Shown: in pieces, positions 41,324 through 57,465 of the stretch
Position numbering within the stretch: position 1 is the stretch's first letter
Layout of the letters: each line of letters begins with the position of its first letter
DNA from: an uncultured delta proteobacterium
Lineage (GTDB): Bacteria; Desulfobacterota; Binatia; UBA9968
Direction of reading: 5' to 3'
NCBI GenBank assembly: GCA_963771465.1
Contig: CAVYTU010000013.1
Span: 160,001-224,000 of the forward strand
DNA: 64,000 nt
The notes under the pieces: generated by a model
Seen by the model: only the letters and a program-made list of their open reading frames with translations
Told to the model about the DNA's origin: nothing
Databases searched by the model: none
Translations under genes and position numbers: made by a program

Positions 41324-41473
41324 GCGCTTTTATCCAGTCCGTTAAGGATATTCCCAATCTTTATTCTTGCAGAGCGGTTAGATTTGTGTTTTTTCTATGA
41401 CTCGCGATTCCGTCTGCGCCTTCGGGTTCGAGCGCGCGGCGATGCAACTCATCGGTGGAGAACTTCGACAGTT

Positions 41474-43249
41474 ATGGCAAGGCGAACCAACCAATCTAAA
41501 GCAAGTATGCCGGCGCTCGCCAAGGCAACCACCGGTATCGCCGGGTTCGACGAAATAACCGGCGGCGGTTTGCCGCGCGGCCGGACTTCGCTTGTTGCCG
41601 GCAGCGCCGGCGCCGGTAAAACTCTTTTCGGCATGGAATTTATTTATCGTGGCGCGACGCAGTTCGGCGAGCCGGGCGTGTTCATGGCCTTCGAGGAGAA
41701 TGAAACCGAGTTGGCCGAGAACGTCGCCAGCCTCGGCTTTGATCTCGACGCGTCGATCAAACGCAATCAGATCATGGTCGATTTTGTCCGGGTCGAGCGC
41801 AGCGAGATCGAAGAGACCGGCGAATACGATCTCGAAGGTTTGTTTATCCGCCTGGGCCACGCCATCGAGAAAGTGAAAGCCAAGCGCGTCGTGCTCGACA
41901 CCCTCGAGGCGCTGTTCGCAGCCTTGCCTAATGAAGGCATCTTGCGCGCCGAGATGCGCCGATTGTTTCGCTGGCTCAAAGAGCGCGGCGTCACCGCCGT
42001 CATCACCGCCGAACGCGGCAGCGGCGCGCTCACGCGCCACGGTTTGGAAGAATACGTTTCGGACTGTGTAATTTTGCTCGACCATCGAGTGATCGAACAA
42101 ATGTCGACCCGGCGCATGCGCGTGGTGAAATATCGCGGCTCGGCGCACGGCACCAATGAATATCCGTTTTTGATCGACACCCAGGGACTATCGGTGCTGC
42201 CGGTCACGTCGCTCGGTTTAAATCACGATGCTCCCAACGAGCGCATCTCTTCTGGTATCGCCGCGCTCGATGCCATGCTCGACGGGCGAGGTTACTACCG
42301 GGGTGGCAGCGTGCTGGTATCGGGCACGCCCGGCGCGGGCAAGAGTTCGCTGTCGGCGCACTTCATCGCTGCCGCCTGCGCGCGCGGCGAACGCTGTATG
42401 TATTTTGCCTTCGAAGAGTCGGAGCGCCAGATCGTGCGCAACATGCGCTCAATCGGCATCGATCTCGGCCGTTGGCTAGAAAGCGGCAGGTTGCGCTTTC
42501 ACGCGGCCCGGCCGCAATTGCAGGGATTGGAGTCCCATCTGGCGCTTATGCTTAAGCAGATCAGCGATTTCGATCCGGCGGTGGTGGTGGTCGATCCGAT
42601 GACCAATCTCACCGAGGTCGGCAGCCCGGCGGAAGCCAAAACGATGCTCGTGCGCCTGGTGGATTTTCTCAAATCGCGGCGCATCACAACGCTGTTTGTG
42701 AGTCTGACCACGGACCAGCAGAATCCTGAGCAGACCGAAGTCGGCATCTCGTCTTTGATGGACACCTGGCTTTTGTTGCGTAATCTGGAAACCAATGGTG
42801 AACGCAATCGCGGCCTCTACGTTTTAAAATCGCGCGGCATGCCGCACTCCAATCAGATTCGCGAATTCACTTTGACCGATCACGGCGCGCAATTAAGAGA
42901 AATCTATACGGGAGTCGCGGGCGTCTTGACCGGCACCGCGCGCATCGCGCAGGAGGCGCGCGAGCGCGCTGAAATACTGGCGCGCCAACAGGAGAACGAG
43001 CGCAAACGGCGCGAACTCCAAGGCAAACGCCAAGCGATGGAAGCGCAAATCACGGCGCTGCGGGCCGCTTTTGCCGCTGAGTCCGCGGAGCTCGAGAAAG
43101 TTGTCAACGATACGCGGAGTGCTGATACTCTCATGACTGACACGCGCGCAACTCTCGCTAGTTTGCGCGGTGGCGACGCCAATTCGAAGTCCCGCAACAA
43201 GCGAAAAGGAGCCGATCGTGGCAGTAATAAAGCGAACTCGCGCAAATAG
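41474..43249 (+). CDS. kaiC: Circadian clock KaiC-family double-domain ATPase/kinase
   Basis: [23 protein letters not shown] and GTPGAGKS Walker A, FEE motifs, [29 protein letters not shown]; C-terminal coiled coil. Confidence 0.93.
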   Translation: MARRTNQSKASMPALAKATTGIAGFDEITGGGLPRGRTSLVAGSAGAGKTLFGMEFIYRGATQFGEPGVFMAFEENETELAENVASLGFDLDASIKRNQIMVDFVRVERSEIEETGEYDLEGLFIRLGHAIEKVKAKRVVLDTLEALFAALPNEGILRAEMRRLFRWLKERGVTAVITAERGSGALTRHGLEEYVSDCVILLDHRVIEQMSTRRMRVVKYRGSAHGTNEYPFLIDTQGLSVLPVTSLGLNHDAPNERISSGIAALDAMLDGRGYYRGGSVLVSGTPGAGKSSLSAHFIAAACARGERCMYFAFEESERQIVRNMRSIGIDLGRWLESGRLRFHAARPQLQGLESHLALMLKQISDFDPAVVVVDPMTNLTEVGSPAEAKTMLVRLVDFLKSRRITTLFVSLTTDQQNPEQTEVGISSLMDTWLLLRNLETNGERNRGLYVLKSRGMPHSNQIREFTLTDHGAQLREIYTGVAGVLTGTARIAQEARERAEILARQQENERKRRELQGKRQAMEAQITALRAAFAAESAELEKVVNDTRSADTLMTDTRATLASLRGGDANSKSRNKRKGADRGSNKANSRK

Positions 43250-43547
43250 CGACGCCGAGGACCCGCCGGCTAAGCTCTGGCGGCTGCGCCTCTATGTTGC
43301 CGGGCAAAGCCCCAAGTGCTTGGCCGCCTTTGCCAATCTGAAAAAGATCTGCGAAGAGCATCTCGCAGGTGAGTATGAAATTGAAATAATCGATCTGCTC
43401 GAGCATCCGCACCTGGCGCGCGGCGACCAAATCCTGGCGATTCCAACCCTGGTGCGCAAACTTCCGGCACCCATGCGCAAAATCATCGGCGATCTGTCCA
43501 ATACCGAGCGCGTGCTCGTCGGATTGGATTTGCGGCCCGCGGGCTAG
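43218..43547 (+). CDS. kaiB: KaiB family protein
   Basis: [11 protein letters not shown]...[23 protein letters not shown]; RBS aaggag with GTG 43218. Confidence 0.92.
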   Translation: MAVIKRTRANSDAEDPPAKLWRLRLYVAGQSPKCLAAFANLKKICEEHLAGEYEIEIIDLLEHPHLARGDQILAIPTLVRKLPAPMRKIIGDLSNTERVLVGLDLRPAG

Positions 43548-43597
43548 CGAGTTCGTTCAAGACGTAGGAAGAGATTCCAATAACCGGAAGGGATCAA

Positions 43598-43939
43598 ATG
43601 GCAAAACCAAAACGTCAAACCGCAAGGGAAAAGCCCGGCAGTCCAGACGGCCAAATTTACCTGTTCAAGCTGTGCATCAGCGGCATGACGCCGCGCTCGC
43701 GCCAAGCGGTGGTGAATATCAAGCGTATCTGCGAGGAATACCTGGCCGGCCAATACGAACTCGAGATCATCGATCTTTACCAGCAACCGGAGCTCGCCGC
43801 GCGCCACCAGATTATTGCCACGCCCACATTGCTACGGAACTTGCCGCAGCCGCAGCGACAAATGTTTGGCGATCTCACCGATACCAAAGCGACTTTACGC
43901 CGCCTTGGCATCGCGATCAAAGACGAGCTGCCCACATGA
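43598..43939 (+). CDS. kaiB: Second KaiB family protein
   Basis: [12 protein letters not shown]...[23 protein letters not shown]. Confidence 0.9.
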   Translation: MAKPKRQTAREKPGSPDGQIYLFKLCISGMTPRSRQAVVNIKRICEEYLAGQYELEIIDLYQQPELAARHQIIATPTLLRNLPQPQRQMFGDLTDTKATLRRLGIAIKDELPT

Positions 43940-45565
43940 CGGCGCCGCAGACCAGCCACGATGAGCTGCTCGAGGAGAACCAGGACCTCCAAGCGCGTCT
44001 CGAAGAAGCGGAAGAATTACTGCACGCCATCCGCTCCGGCAATCTCGACGCGCTGCTGCTGGATGGTCAACAGGGCCCTCAGGTCTACACTCTGCAAGGC
44101 GCCGATCAACCCTATCGCGTCTATGTGGAAACCATGAATGAAGGCGCGGTGACGCTGTCAAACGACGGCACGATACTTTACGCCAACCACCAATTCGCCG
44201 AGTTCGTTGGCGAAGGCCTTGAGCAAACCGTCGGTAAATCGTTTCGCGATTTTATTACCGGCGCCGACGACGAGGCCTTCGCCACGCTGGTGCGCGAGAT
44301 CGGCGGCGGCAGCCGCAGGGCTGAAATCACGCTAACCAATCACACCGGCGGGCTCCTTCCGGTCGGGCTTTCGGCGCGGCAAATGGAGCATGGCGGCGAC
44401 CGATTTATTTGTCTTGTGGTGACGGATTTGAGCGGCCAAAGGCTCCAGGAACAATTGCGCGAAGCCGACCGGCACAAGGATGAGTTCCTGGCGATGTTGG
44501 GTCATGAGCTGAGAAATCCCCTGGCGATTATGCACAATGTGCTGCAAGTTCTGCGCAAAAAATATGGGCGCGGATGGATCGGGCGAAATGCGCGGCATGA
44601 TTGAAGAGCAGGTGCGCCATATGGGGCGGCTGATCGACGATTTGCTCGACATATCGCGCGTCACCACGGGCAAGATTCGCCTGGAATCAACCCGTTTCGA
44701 CCTCGTCAAAGTTGTCGCCGACACCGTGCAAAGCTACCGCGACAGTCTTGAAGGCAACGGTTTGACGCTCTCGCTCGAATTGCCAAACCGTCCGTTATTC
44801 GTCCAAGGCGACAAAACCCGCATCGCCCAGGTGATCGGCAATTTGCTGCATAATGCCAGCAAGTTTACCGACAGCGGCGGCAAGGTGACGGTAGCGTTGA
44901 GCGCAGATCCTGGCGTCAATACCGCGTCGATCCGAGTGCGCGATACCGGTATCGGTGTAGACGGCGAAACTTTGCGGCGCGTGTTCGATACTTTCGCCCA
45001 GGCGGACCGCAGCATGGCGCGCAGCCGCGGCGGTCTTGGTTTGGGGTTGGCGCTCGTCAAAGGGCTGGTCGAGCTGCATGGCGGCACAGTGGCGGCGGCG
45101 AGCGACGGGCCGGGACAGGGTTCGGAATTCATCATTCACCTACCGATCGCAGGAGCGCTGTCGGAGGCACCGAGCGAAGAGACCGCAACGGTTGGCCCAA
45201 CGCGCTCTTTCCGTATTCTAGTAATTGAAGATAACCAGGCCGGCGCCTTGAGCATGCAGATGTTGTTGAAACATCTGGGCCATGTCGCGGAAGTCGCCTA
45301 TAACGGCATCGACGGTCTTGCTGCCGCGCAGCGTTTCAAGCCCGATGTGGTGCTCTGCGATATCGGCTTGCCGGGCCTCGACGGCTATCAAATCGCTCAG
45401 CGCTTGCGCGCCAACCAAGAGTTGCGCCAAAGTTTTCTCATCGCTCTCAGCGGCTACGGTCAGGAGGAGGATAAACAGCGCGCCCTGGGGGCAGGATTCG
45501 ATATCCACTGCATCAAACCGCTAAACATCGAACTGCTCGAAAAGTATCTGTCGGAACTGAGTTAA
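43936..45565 (+). CDS. Kai-associated PAS hybrid histidine kinase; frameshift near the A run at 44557-44562
   Basis: ATGA overlap with kaiB; [33 protein letters not shown] in one frame, HATPase and REC in ORF 44537..45565. Confidence 0.88.
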
Positions 45566-45594
45566 ACGAAACCTATCAGAAACGGTTTGCCGCG

Positions 45595-46563
45595 CTAATA
45601 TTGTGGCGCGGTTTTTAAATAAAGCGGGGTTTTTGTCGGCGTTAAGAAGATCGTCGGTTCTGCGCCGGACTGAGCCTGGCGCGAGAAGAATGTTTCGAGG
45701 ATGTTCTCGATCGAGAGAACGCCGGCGGTGTTGTCGCTGCCGTTGACGATGATGCCGATGGGATTTCCCGCGGCGTCCAGCACGGCGCCGCCGCTCATGT
45801 GGTTTTCCACGCGCATGCCCCATTTGGTGTCGGGCGCGATACCGACACCGCGCAAATAGGCGGGTGAATAGAGTGGGTAGTCCGCCGAAAAGTAACCGCG
45901 GTGCTTGTCATCGCTCAAGTTCAAAAATCCATAGCTGATTTGGAAACGGCCCTGTTGCGGGTAGCCGGCAACAAATATTCTTTTGGGTGGAAAGAGCGGC
46001 TGCAACTCGAAATCCGCCCGCGGCCGGCCGAGATCGATCTTGCCTTGGGCGAAATCTTTGAGCGGCCAATAAGGAAAACGCTCTGCGGGCGCGGCTTTGA
46101 GCCGGGCTATGACGAAATCGCGTTGCTTGATGATCTCGTCGGGACTGTGGCTCGATTTGCCGCTGGTCGAGTCGGTCTCGTTCAAATGCGAGAGCACTTC
46201 AATTTCATATTCGCGGTCGCTAGTTTGGGCTAGATAGCGCAGGCGCGGGCGATTTTTCGAACAGTCGGAAAGATCGGCGAAACGGCTGGCTTCTTTCTGC
46301 GCATCCAAGCAGTATTTCATCACGTGATAAGCGGTGATGAACAGACCGTCGAGGGAAATCAGGAAACCCGATCCGAGATTGACACGTTTCTTGGCCTCGC
46401 CGTCTTGGTATTCCAGCGAAATTTTCACGCTTCTCGACTCGACGTCGCGCCATGAAAACTCCGCGCCGGCTGTTTTGAGCTGCTCAGCTCCCGTCAGATA
46501 ATCGCCCAATGAGATCGACGGACAAAGCAACGCAATAATGATGAAAAAAAAGGAACGTTGCAC
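45595..46563 (-). CDS. Secreted trypsin-like serine peptidase domain protein
   Basis: Signal peptide; GSGFLIS...ITAYHV, DF, HMSGGAVLD...IGI. Confidence 0.7.
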   Translation of the reverse strand: MQRSFFFIIIALLCPSISLGDYLTGAEQLKTAGAEFSWRDVESRSVKISLEYQDGEAKKRVNLGSGFLISLDGLFITAYHVMKYCLDAQKEASRFADLSDCSKNRPRLRYLAQTSDREYEIEVLSHLNETDSTSGKSSHSPDEIIKQRDFVIARLKAAPAERFPYWPLKDFAQGKIDLGRPRADFELQPLFPPKRIFVAGYPQQGRFQISYGFLNLSDDKHRGYFSADYPLYSPAYLRGVGIAPDTKWGMRVENHMSGGAVLDAAGNPIGIIVNGSDNTAGVLSIENILETFFSRQAQSGAEPTIFLTPTKTPLYLKTAPQY

Positions 46564-46682
46564 TGGGAATTTGCCGTAAATTACACGACAAAAAATTAAA
46601 AATCAACAAAAATTAAAAATTAAAGGGCTGCGAAAAACGGCGATTTTCAATTCTCGGCGTTTCCGCGAAATTGCCGCCGAGT

Positions 46683-46697
46683 TGGTCCGGAGATTGC
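46683..46697 (+). promoter_or_regulatory. sigma54-type -24/-12 promoter
   Basis: TGGTCCGGAGATTGC. Confidence 0.6.
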
Positions 46698-46787
46698 AGC
46701 TTATTATTTTATGGTTTTTATTACCTGCCGTAGGCAGGATTGTGGTCGCGCGAGGATTCAAGCTGGCGCGAGAAGGGTTGGTGCAAT

Positions 46788-47216
46788 ATGGCGAAGGATT
46801 TTAAAAAGGTTTTCGCCCGACCGAAGGTCGTTCCGCTGCGTAAGACGCTATTCCCAAAGCCCCGGCTAGTTAGGCCGAAGCGGGCGGAGGAGTCGAAATG
46901 GCAACGGGTCGAGTTGGCATTACTGGTCAGGCTCGAAGCAAGACCTGGAAAAGAGCACGAGCTGGCAAATTGTCTGCGCGCCGGATTGACGCTGGTGCAG
47001 CAGGAGCCCACTACTGCGTCCTGGTTTGCGATTCGCCTCGGACCGTCGACATTTGCGCTCTTCGATGCGTTCCCAGACGAAGCCGGACGTCAGGCCCATC
47101 TGGAGGGTTCACTGGCGGCGATCCTCAAAGAGATAACTTCCAAGCGCTTGGCTCGGCCGCCGGTGATCGAAAGGGTCGACGTGCTGGCCGCCAAGCTGGC
47201 CCATTTCGGCGTTTAG
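46788..47216 (+). CDS. ABM/putative quinol monooxygenase family protein with basic N-terminal extension
   Basis: LLVRLEARPGKE...WFAIRLGPSTFALFDAFPDEAGRQAHL. Confidence 0.8.
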   Translation: MAKDFKKVFARPKVVPLRKTLFPKPRLVRPKRAEESKWQRVELALLVRLEARPGKEHELANCLRAGLTLVQQEPTTASWFAIRLGPSTFALFDAFPDEAGRQAHLEGSLAAILKEITSKRLARPPVIERVDVLAAKLAHFGV

Positions 47217-47300
47217 CGCGCAAAGGAGAAGGGGATGCGAGCCAAGCTGATCAATGACGACGCGCAGAAAGCTTTAGAGCAAAAAGCATAAGGAGGTTTT

Positions 47301-47471
47301 ATGGCGAAAGCAAAAAAGCGCAGTAAACAAACGGTAAAGAAGAACAAATCCTCCAAGGGTAAACGCCATCGTAAGATCAGCGGCTCACAGACTAATCAGC
47401 CCTTCGAGCAAGACGCCAAACGCCGTATCGGCCAATACGGCGGAGCAGGCGAGCCACCGATCATGAAGTAA
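47301..47471 (+). CDS. 56-aa Lys/Arg-rich small protein
   Basis: RBS AAGGAGG; MAKAKKRSKQTVKKNKSSKGKRHRK...FEQDAKRRIGQYGGAGEPPIMK. Confidence 0.7.
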   Translation: MAKAKKRSKQTVKKNKSSKGKRHRKISGSQTNQPFEQDAKRRIGQYGGAGEPPIMK

Positions 47472-47508
47472 TTCATTTTAACAAGAAGAAAAATTTTCGG
47501 GGATGCTC

Positions 47509-47658
47509 ATGATTCGCAAGCTTAAATCTGGGCAATATAGATTGTACTCGGGCAAGAAGAATCCAAAAACCGGGAAACGCAGGAATCTCGGAACGTTCAA
47601 GAGTCTCAAGGCAGCGCAGCATCATGAACGGGCGGTGCAATTTTTCAAGCGCCATTGA
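47509..47658 (+). CDS. 49-aa basic small protein
   Basis: MIRKLKSGQYRLYSGKKNPKTGKRRNLGTFKSLKAAQHHERAVQFFKRH; resembles a conserved hypothetical small protein from memory. Confidence 0.78.
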   Translation: MIRKLKSGQYRLYSGKKNPKTGKRRNLGTFKSLKAAQHHERAVQFFKRH

Positions 47659-47698
47659 TTTCACGGATGGTGTTCGCTGATTCAGCGCTGAGGCCGCC

Positions 47699-47959
47699 AT
47701 GCCTAAAACGAAAAAATGGGTGGGCAAGGTGAAAACAGTTTCTACCGCGCCGCCGAAAAATTTATTCACTAAAAATGCTCAAACGATTGCCAAGACGCTG
47801 GCAAGAAAAAGCGTGAGTCCCAAAGGGATCGGTTCCGGTATCCGGATGATCCAATATTTCATCAATCGCGGCGGCAAAAATTTACCTGTGAGCCGTAAGC
47901 GTGAGCTCGAGAAGGCGAAGATGATACTGCAAAAGAAAAATACCAAGCGCGCGAACTAA
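47699..47959 (+). CDS. DUF3175-like basic protein
   Basis: KKW...LFT...IA...MIQYFINRGGKNL...LEKAK. Confidence 0.78.
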   Translation: MPKTKKWVGKVKTVSTAPPKNLFTKNAQTIAKTLARKSVSPKGIGSGIRMIQYFINRGGKNLPVSRKRELEKAKMILQKKNTKRAN

Positions 47960-48024
47960 GTTAAGACTTCGGGTAGCAAGTCACTTGCTCCAGGAAAAGC
48001 CCGTCACGTGAAAGGGTTAATATT

Positions 48025-48198
48025 ATGGGCACTCCCGCACACAGGCCGCCTAATCCTAAGCCGCCGTTTCCCGACCCGGATCCACCTCGTCCGCCGCCGC
48101 GTCCGCTCCCCGATCCACCCCTGCCGCCACAGAATCCGCGACCACCGCTGAACAAATCGTTCGCCGGTGACAGTTATTGGGTCATGCCGAGGATATGA
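48025..48198 (+). CDS. 57-aa proline-rich peptide
   Basis: MGTPAHRPPNPKPPFPDPDPPRPPPRPLPDPPLPPQNPRPP...; RBS-like aaggg. Confidence 0.45.
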   Translation: MGTPAHRPPNPKPPFPDPDPPRPPPRPLPDPPLPPQNPRPPLNKSFAGDSYWVMPRI

Positions 48199-48200
48199 AG

Positions 48201-48701
48201 TTATGAATGGCGTCGCGCACGCGTACGCGCGGCTTTCCGGCCGGCGGCAGAACGTCCCCTGCGGCCTTTAGTTAGTGCGGCTTTGCGTGCTGCGTTTGAG
48301 CGCGCAGCTCTTGTCCGTTTGCGCGCCGCGGAACGCGTCTGCTTGGATAACGCTTGCTTGGACGCCGCGCTGCCGCTTTCACGTTTCAGAGCGCGTTCAG
48401 TGGCGTCCGATCGGCGGCGAGAGGGTTTCTGTTTTCCTCGCTGGCCGGCTTGATAGGCACGTTTCGCGCTGCGCCGCGTCTTTTCGGAAACGGTGCCTTT
48501 CTCCGGGGGCGGCAAATCGACTCCCGAGCGCCGCGCTTTAGATAAACCGATGGCAATCGCCTGTTTCGCCGATCGAGCGCCGTGTTTACCTTCCCTGATG
48601 TGATGGATTTCCTCCCGCACGAATTCTCCCGCTTGCGTGCTGGACGACTTTCCTTGTTGCTTATCCCTCTTGGCTCTACTGATTGTTTGTTTTTCCGGCA
48701 T
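48201..48701 (-). CDS. DUF6496-like highly basic putative DNA-binding protein
   Basis: STQAGEFVREEIHHIREGKHGARSAKQAIAIGLSKARR and an Arg/Lys/Ala-rich tail; RBS gagg. Confidence 0.8.
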   Translation of the reverse strand: MPEKQTISRAKRDKQQGKSSSTQAGEFVREEIHHIREGKHGARSAKQAIAIGLSKARRSGVDLPPPEKGTVSEKTRRSAKRAYQAGQRGKQKPSRRRSDATERALKRESGSAASKQALSKQTRSAARKRTRAARSNAARKAALTKGRRGRSAAGRKAARTRARRHS

Positions 48702-48779
48702 GATCCATTTCCTCTTCTGCTATGAACGCAGGGAAGCTGCGCGAAGCTCGCGACCAAACTAACCTGTATGGTTCTTCGG

Positions 48780-49217
48780 CTAACGATTGGGCTCAGACGG
48801 CTCCGATATGTCAATGAGTGTCTCGTCGACCAGCTTCTGATCTTTGCCTGCGCTGCGCACAGCGAGATCGCCCAAGGACAACATTCCGATCAACTGCTTT
48901 TCTCTGTTCAGTATGGGCAGACGGCGAATTTGCTCTGCTTGCATTACCGTCGAAGCTTCTTCTAATGATTGATCGTCGAAGCAATAAGTCACGCCGGGGG
49001 TCATGATGTCGCTCACCTTGGTGGTCGCGGGATCGAGCCCTTCGGCGACAAGACGTATGGCGATATCGCGATCGGTGATTATCCCTTCGAGCTTCTCCCC
49101 GTTACACACAGGCAAAGATCCGACGTCCAACTCTCTCATCTTCGCAGCCGCTTCTACCGCCGCGGCATCCAAGTAAACAACTTCCGCGCCCTGAGTCATA
49201 ATATCTCTGATTTGCAT
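48780..49217 (-). CDS. CBS-pair protein
   Basis: LDVGSLPVC, GIITDRDI, QIRRLPI; paralog of the N-terminal half of 21803..22615; RBS ggagg. Confidence 0.9.
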   Translation of the reverse strand: MQIRDIMTQGAEVVYLDAAAVEAAAKMRELDVGSLPVCNGEKLEGIITDRDIAIRLVAEGLDPATTKVSDIMTPGVTYCFDDQSLEEASTVMQAEQIRRLPILNREKQLIGMLSLGDLAVRSAGKDQKLVDETLIDISEPSEPNR

Positions 49218-49401
49218 AACAGCACCTCCGTTTTTTTTTCAGCTGTATTCTGGGGATTATAATCTGACTGATCGATCCGTTCTGCTACTTGTTGCACGGA
49301 TGGCGCATCGAAACTGTCGGCTCGCTGTCGGAGTTTTACATCGGGGCATTGAACGTCTTTGTTTTGTGGCTTATGTTTCGTCGCGCGTGCCAGGTAATGA
49401 C

Positions 49402-49416
49402 GCAAACCGAATGCCA
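49402..49416 (-). promoter_or_regulatory. sigma54-type -24/-12 promoter for the CBS/DUF6496 unit
   Basis: Minus strand TGGCATTCGGTTTGC. Confidence 0.65.
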
Positions 49417-49751
49417 TGGTTCCGAGAGTAGAAGAGAATAAAAACTCATCATGTGCGTAGCGATCATCGCGTACGCGCAAGCCTGCAAGTATTAAGCACA
49501 TGCCGATGCGTGGAAATTTTCACGCGGTTCATTCACGTCTAGTGTAAGCGCCAAAATGATTTGACGGCCGTCCGATCTTCGCTTTCCTGTTCGCTCTGCT
49601 GTCCCCAAACTGGGTCGCCGAGGCCGAGCAAACTCTCAATTATAGTAATGGTGTTTCGACTAGATCTTCTTATCGCCTTCAGCGGCCAGACAACGGTGGT
49701 TTATCGATGCGAGGATCTTTTTGATTCGTCTAAATCGGGTGCGCAATCGCC

Positions 49752-49852
49752 TGTCCCATTTGTGATACAAATTGCGCAAATCCGGCCACAAGTTGTCTCA
49801 AATATAGGAACTAAAAAAAATAAAAATATGGTGAATTGGAATAATCTTGACA
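49752..49852 (+). promoter_or_regulatory. Two UAS-like palindromes followed by a sigma70-type -35 hexamer
   Basis: TGTCCCATTTGTGATACA (49752), TGTCTCAAATATAGGAAC (49794), TTGACA (49847); -10 element imperfect. Confidence 0.5.
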
Positions 49853-49932
49853 ACCGCAAACCAAAAATTGATTAATTGTGAGTCATCATTAGACATCATA
49901 TCTAGAGGACAACTGGCGTAAGGAGAACGCGG

Positions 49933-56274
<6,342 letters not shown>

Positions 56275-56349
56275 CCGTTGTTCGAGGTTATCTGTTAACG
56301 TTCAAAGCGAAAACGTTGGATCTCGAACCTTGAAATCTTACGACCCACT

Positions 56350-57465
56350 ATGAATGAACCGACCAACATTCTCCTCGTCGACGATCAGGCGCGTAATCTC
56401 GATGCCCTCGAGGCGATCCTGGCTTCGCCGGACTACCGCCTGTTCCGCGCCCAATCGGCCAACGAAGCGCTGCTGGCATTGCTCAACCACGATTTCGCGG
56501 TCATTGTGCTCGATATCCGCATGCCGGATGTCAACGGCTACGAGCTCGCGCAGATGATCAAGCAGCGCAAAAAAAATCAGCATCTGCCGATCATTTTCTT
56601 GACCGCCTATTTGCAGGATGATAGAGAAATCCTCGACGCCTACGGCGCCGGCGCGGTGGACTATTTGAGCAAGCCGATCAACCCTTTGATCCTCAAGTCC
56701 AAGGTCGGAGTTTTTGTCGATCTGTTTCGCAAGACCCGCGAGCTGGCGCGCCTCAACGAAATCATGGAGAGCGAGATCGAAGAGCGGGTGGCGCAGATCA
56801 GGGCGAGCTTGCAAGAAAAAGAAATTTTGCTCAAGGAAGTCCATCACCGGGTAAAAAATAACATGCAGGTCATTTCGAGTCTGCTGAGTCTGCAAGCCGA
56901 GCGCGTTGGCGAAGGCGAGACCCGGCAACAATTTCGCGACGTGCGCGATCGCGTCCAGTCGATGGCGCTGGTGCACGAGAAGCTTTACCAGTCCGAGAAC
57001 TTCGCGCATGTGCAGATTGACGATTATACGCGCAGCTTGATGAACGATCTATTTCAAGCCTACGCCAGCGGACTTCCGAAGGTGCAACTTCATCTCGATC
57101 TTGAGACGGCCGAGCTACCCGTGAATCTCGCTATCTCTTTTGGACTGATCCTGAACGAGTTGGCAACCAATGCCTTCAAGCATGCGTTTCGCGGCCGTGA
57201 CAGCGGCGAAATCCAGATCAAACTTGAAACTAACCGAAATGAAGAAATCCGGTTGCGATTCGCGGATAATGGCCGGGGCTTTGCCGCGCCACTGCGTTGG
57301 GAGAGCGTCGATTCGTTGGGCCTGCGTTTGGTCCGCATGCTAACCCAGCAGCTCGGCGGGCACGTCGAAATGCGCAGCGAACGGGGCACGACTTTCGAGC
57401 TGAGCTTCAAAATCAGTCCTGCGGCAATGTCGCCTGGCAGCAATGAGGAGTCGTTAAGGTCATGA
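56350..57465 (+). CDS. REC plus HisKA_2-type histidine kinase
   Basis: ILLVDDQARNL receiver; LLKEVHHRVKNNMQVISSLL; NELATNAFKHAF. Confidence 0.9.
   Translation: MNEPTNILLVDDQARNLDALEAILASPDYRLFRAQSANEALLALLNHDFAVIVLDIRMPDVNGYELAQMIKQRKKNQHLPIIFLTAYLQDDREILDAYGAGAVDYLSKPINPLILKSKVGVFVDLFRKTRELARLNEIMESEIEERVAQIRASLQEKEILLKEVHHRVKNNMQVISSLLSLQAERVGEGETRQQFRDVRDRVQSMALVHEKLYQSENFAHVQIDDYTRSLMNDLFQAYASGLPKVQLHLDLETAELPVNLAISFGLILNELATNAFKHAFRGRDSGEIQIKLETNRNEEIRLRFADNGRGFAAPLRWESVDSLGLRLVRMLTQQLGGHVEMRSERGTTFELSFKISPAAMSPGSNEESLRS

Noticed and set aside
43672-43935. Long 5' part of ORF 43672..44604
   Set aside because: Overlaps kaiB2; the real start is most likely the ATGA-coupled ATG at 43936
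47961-48155. Gly-rich minus-strand ORF
   Set aside because: Reverse complement of the Pro-rich ORF; weak start and no RBS
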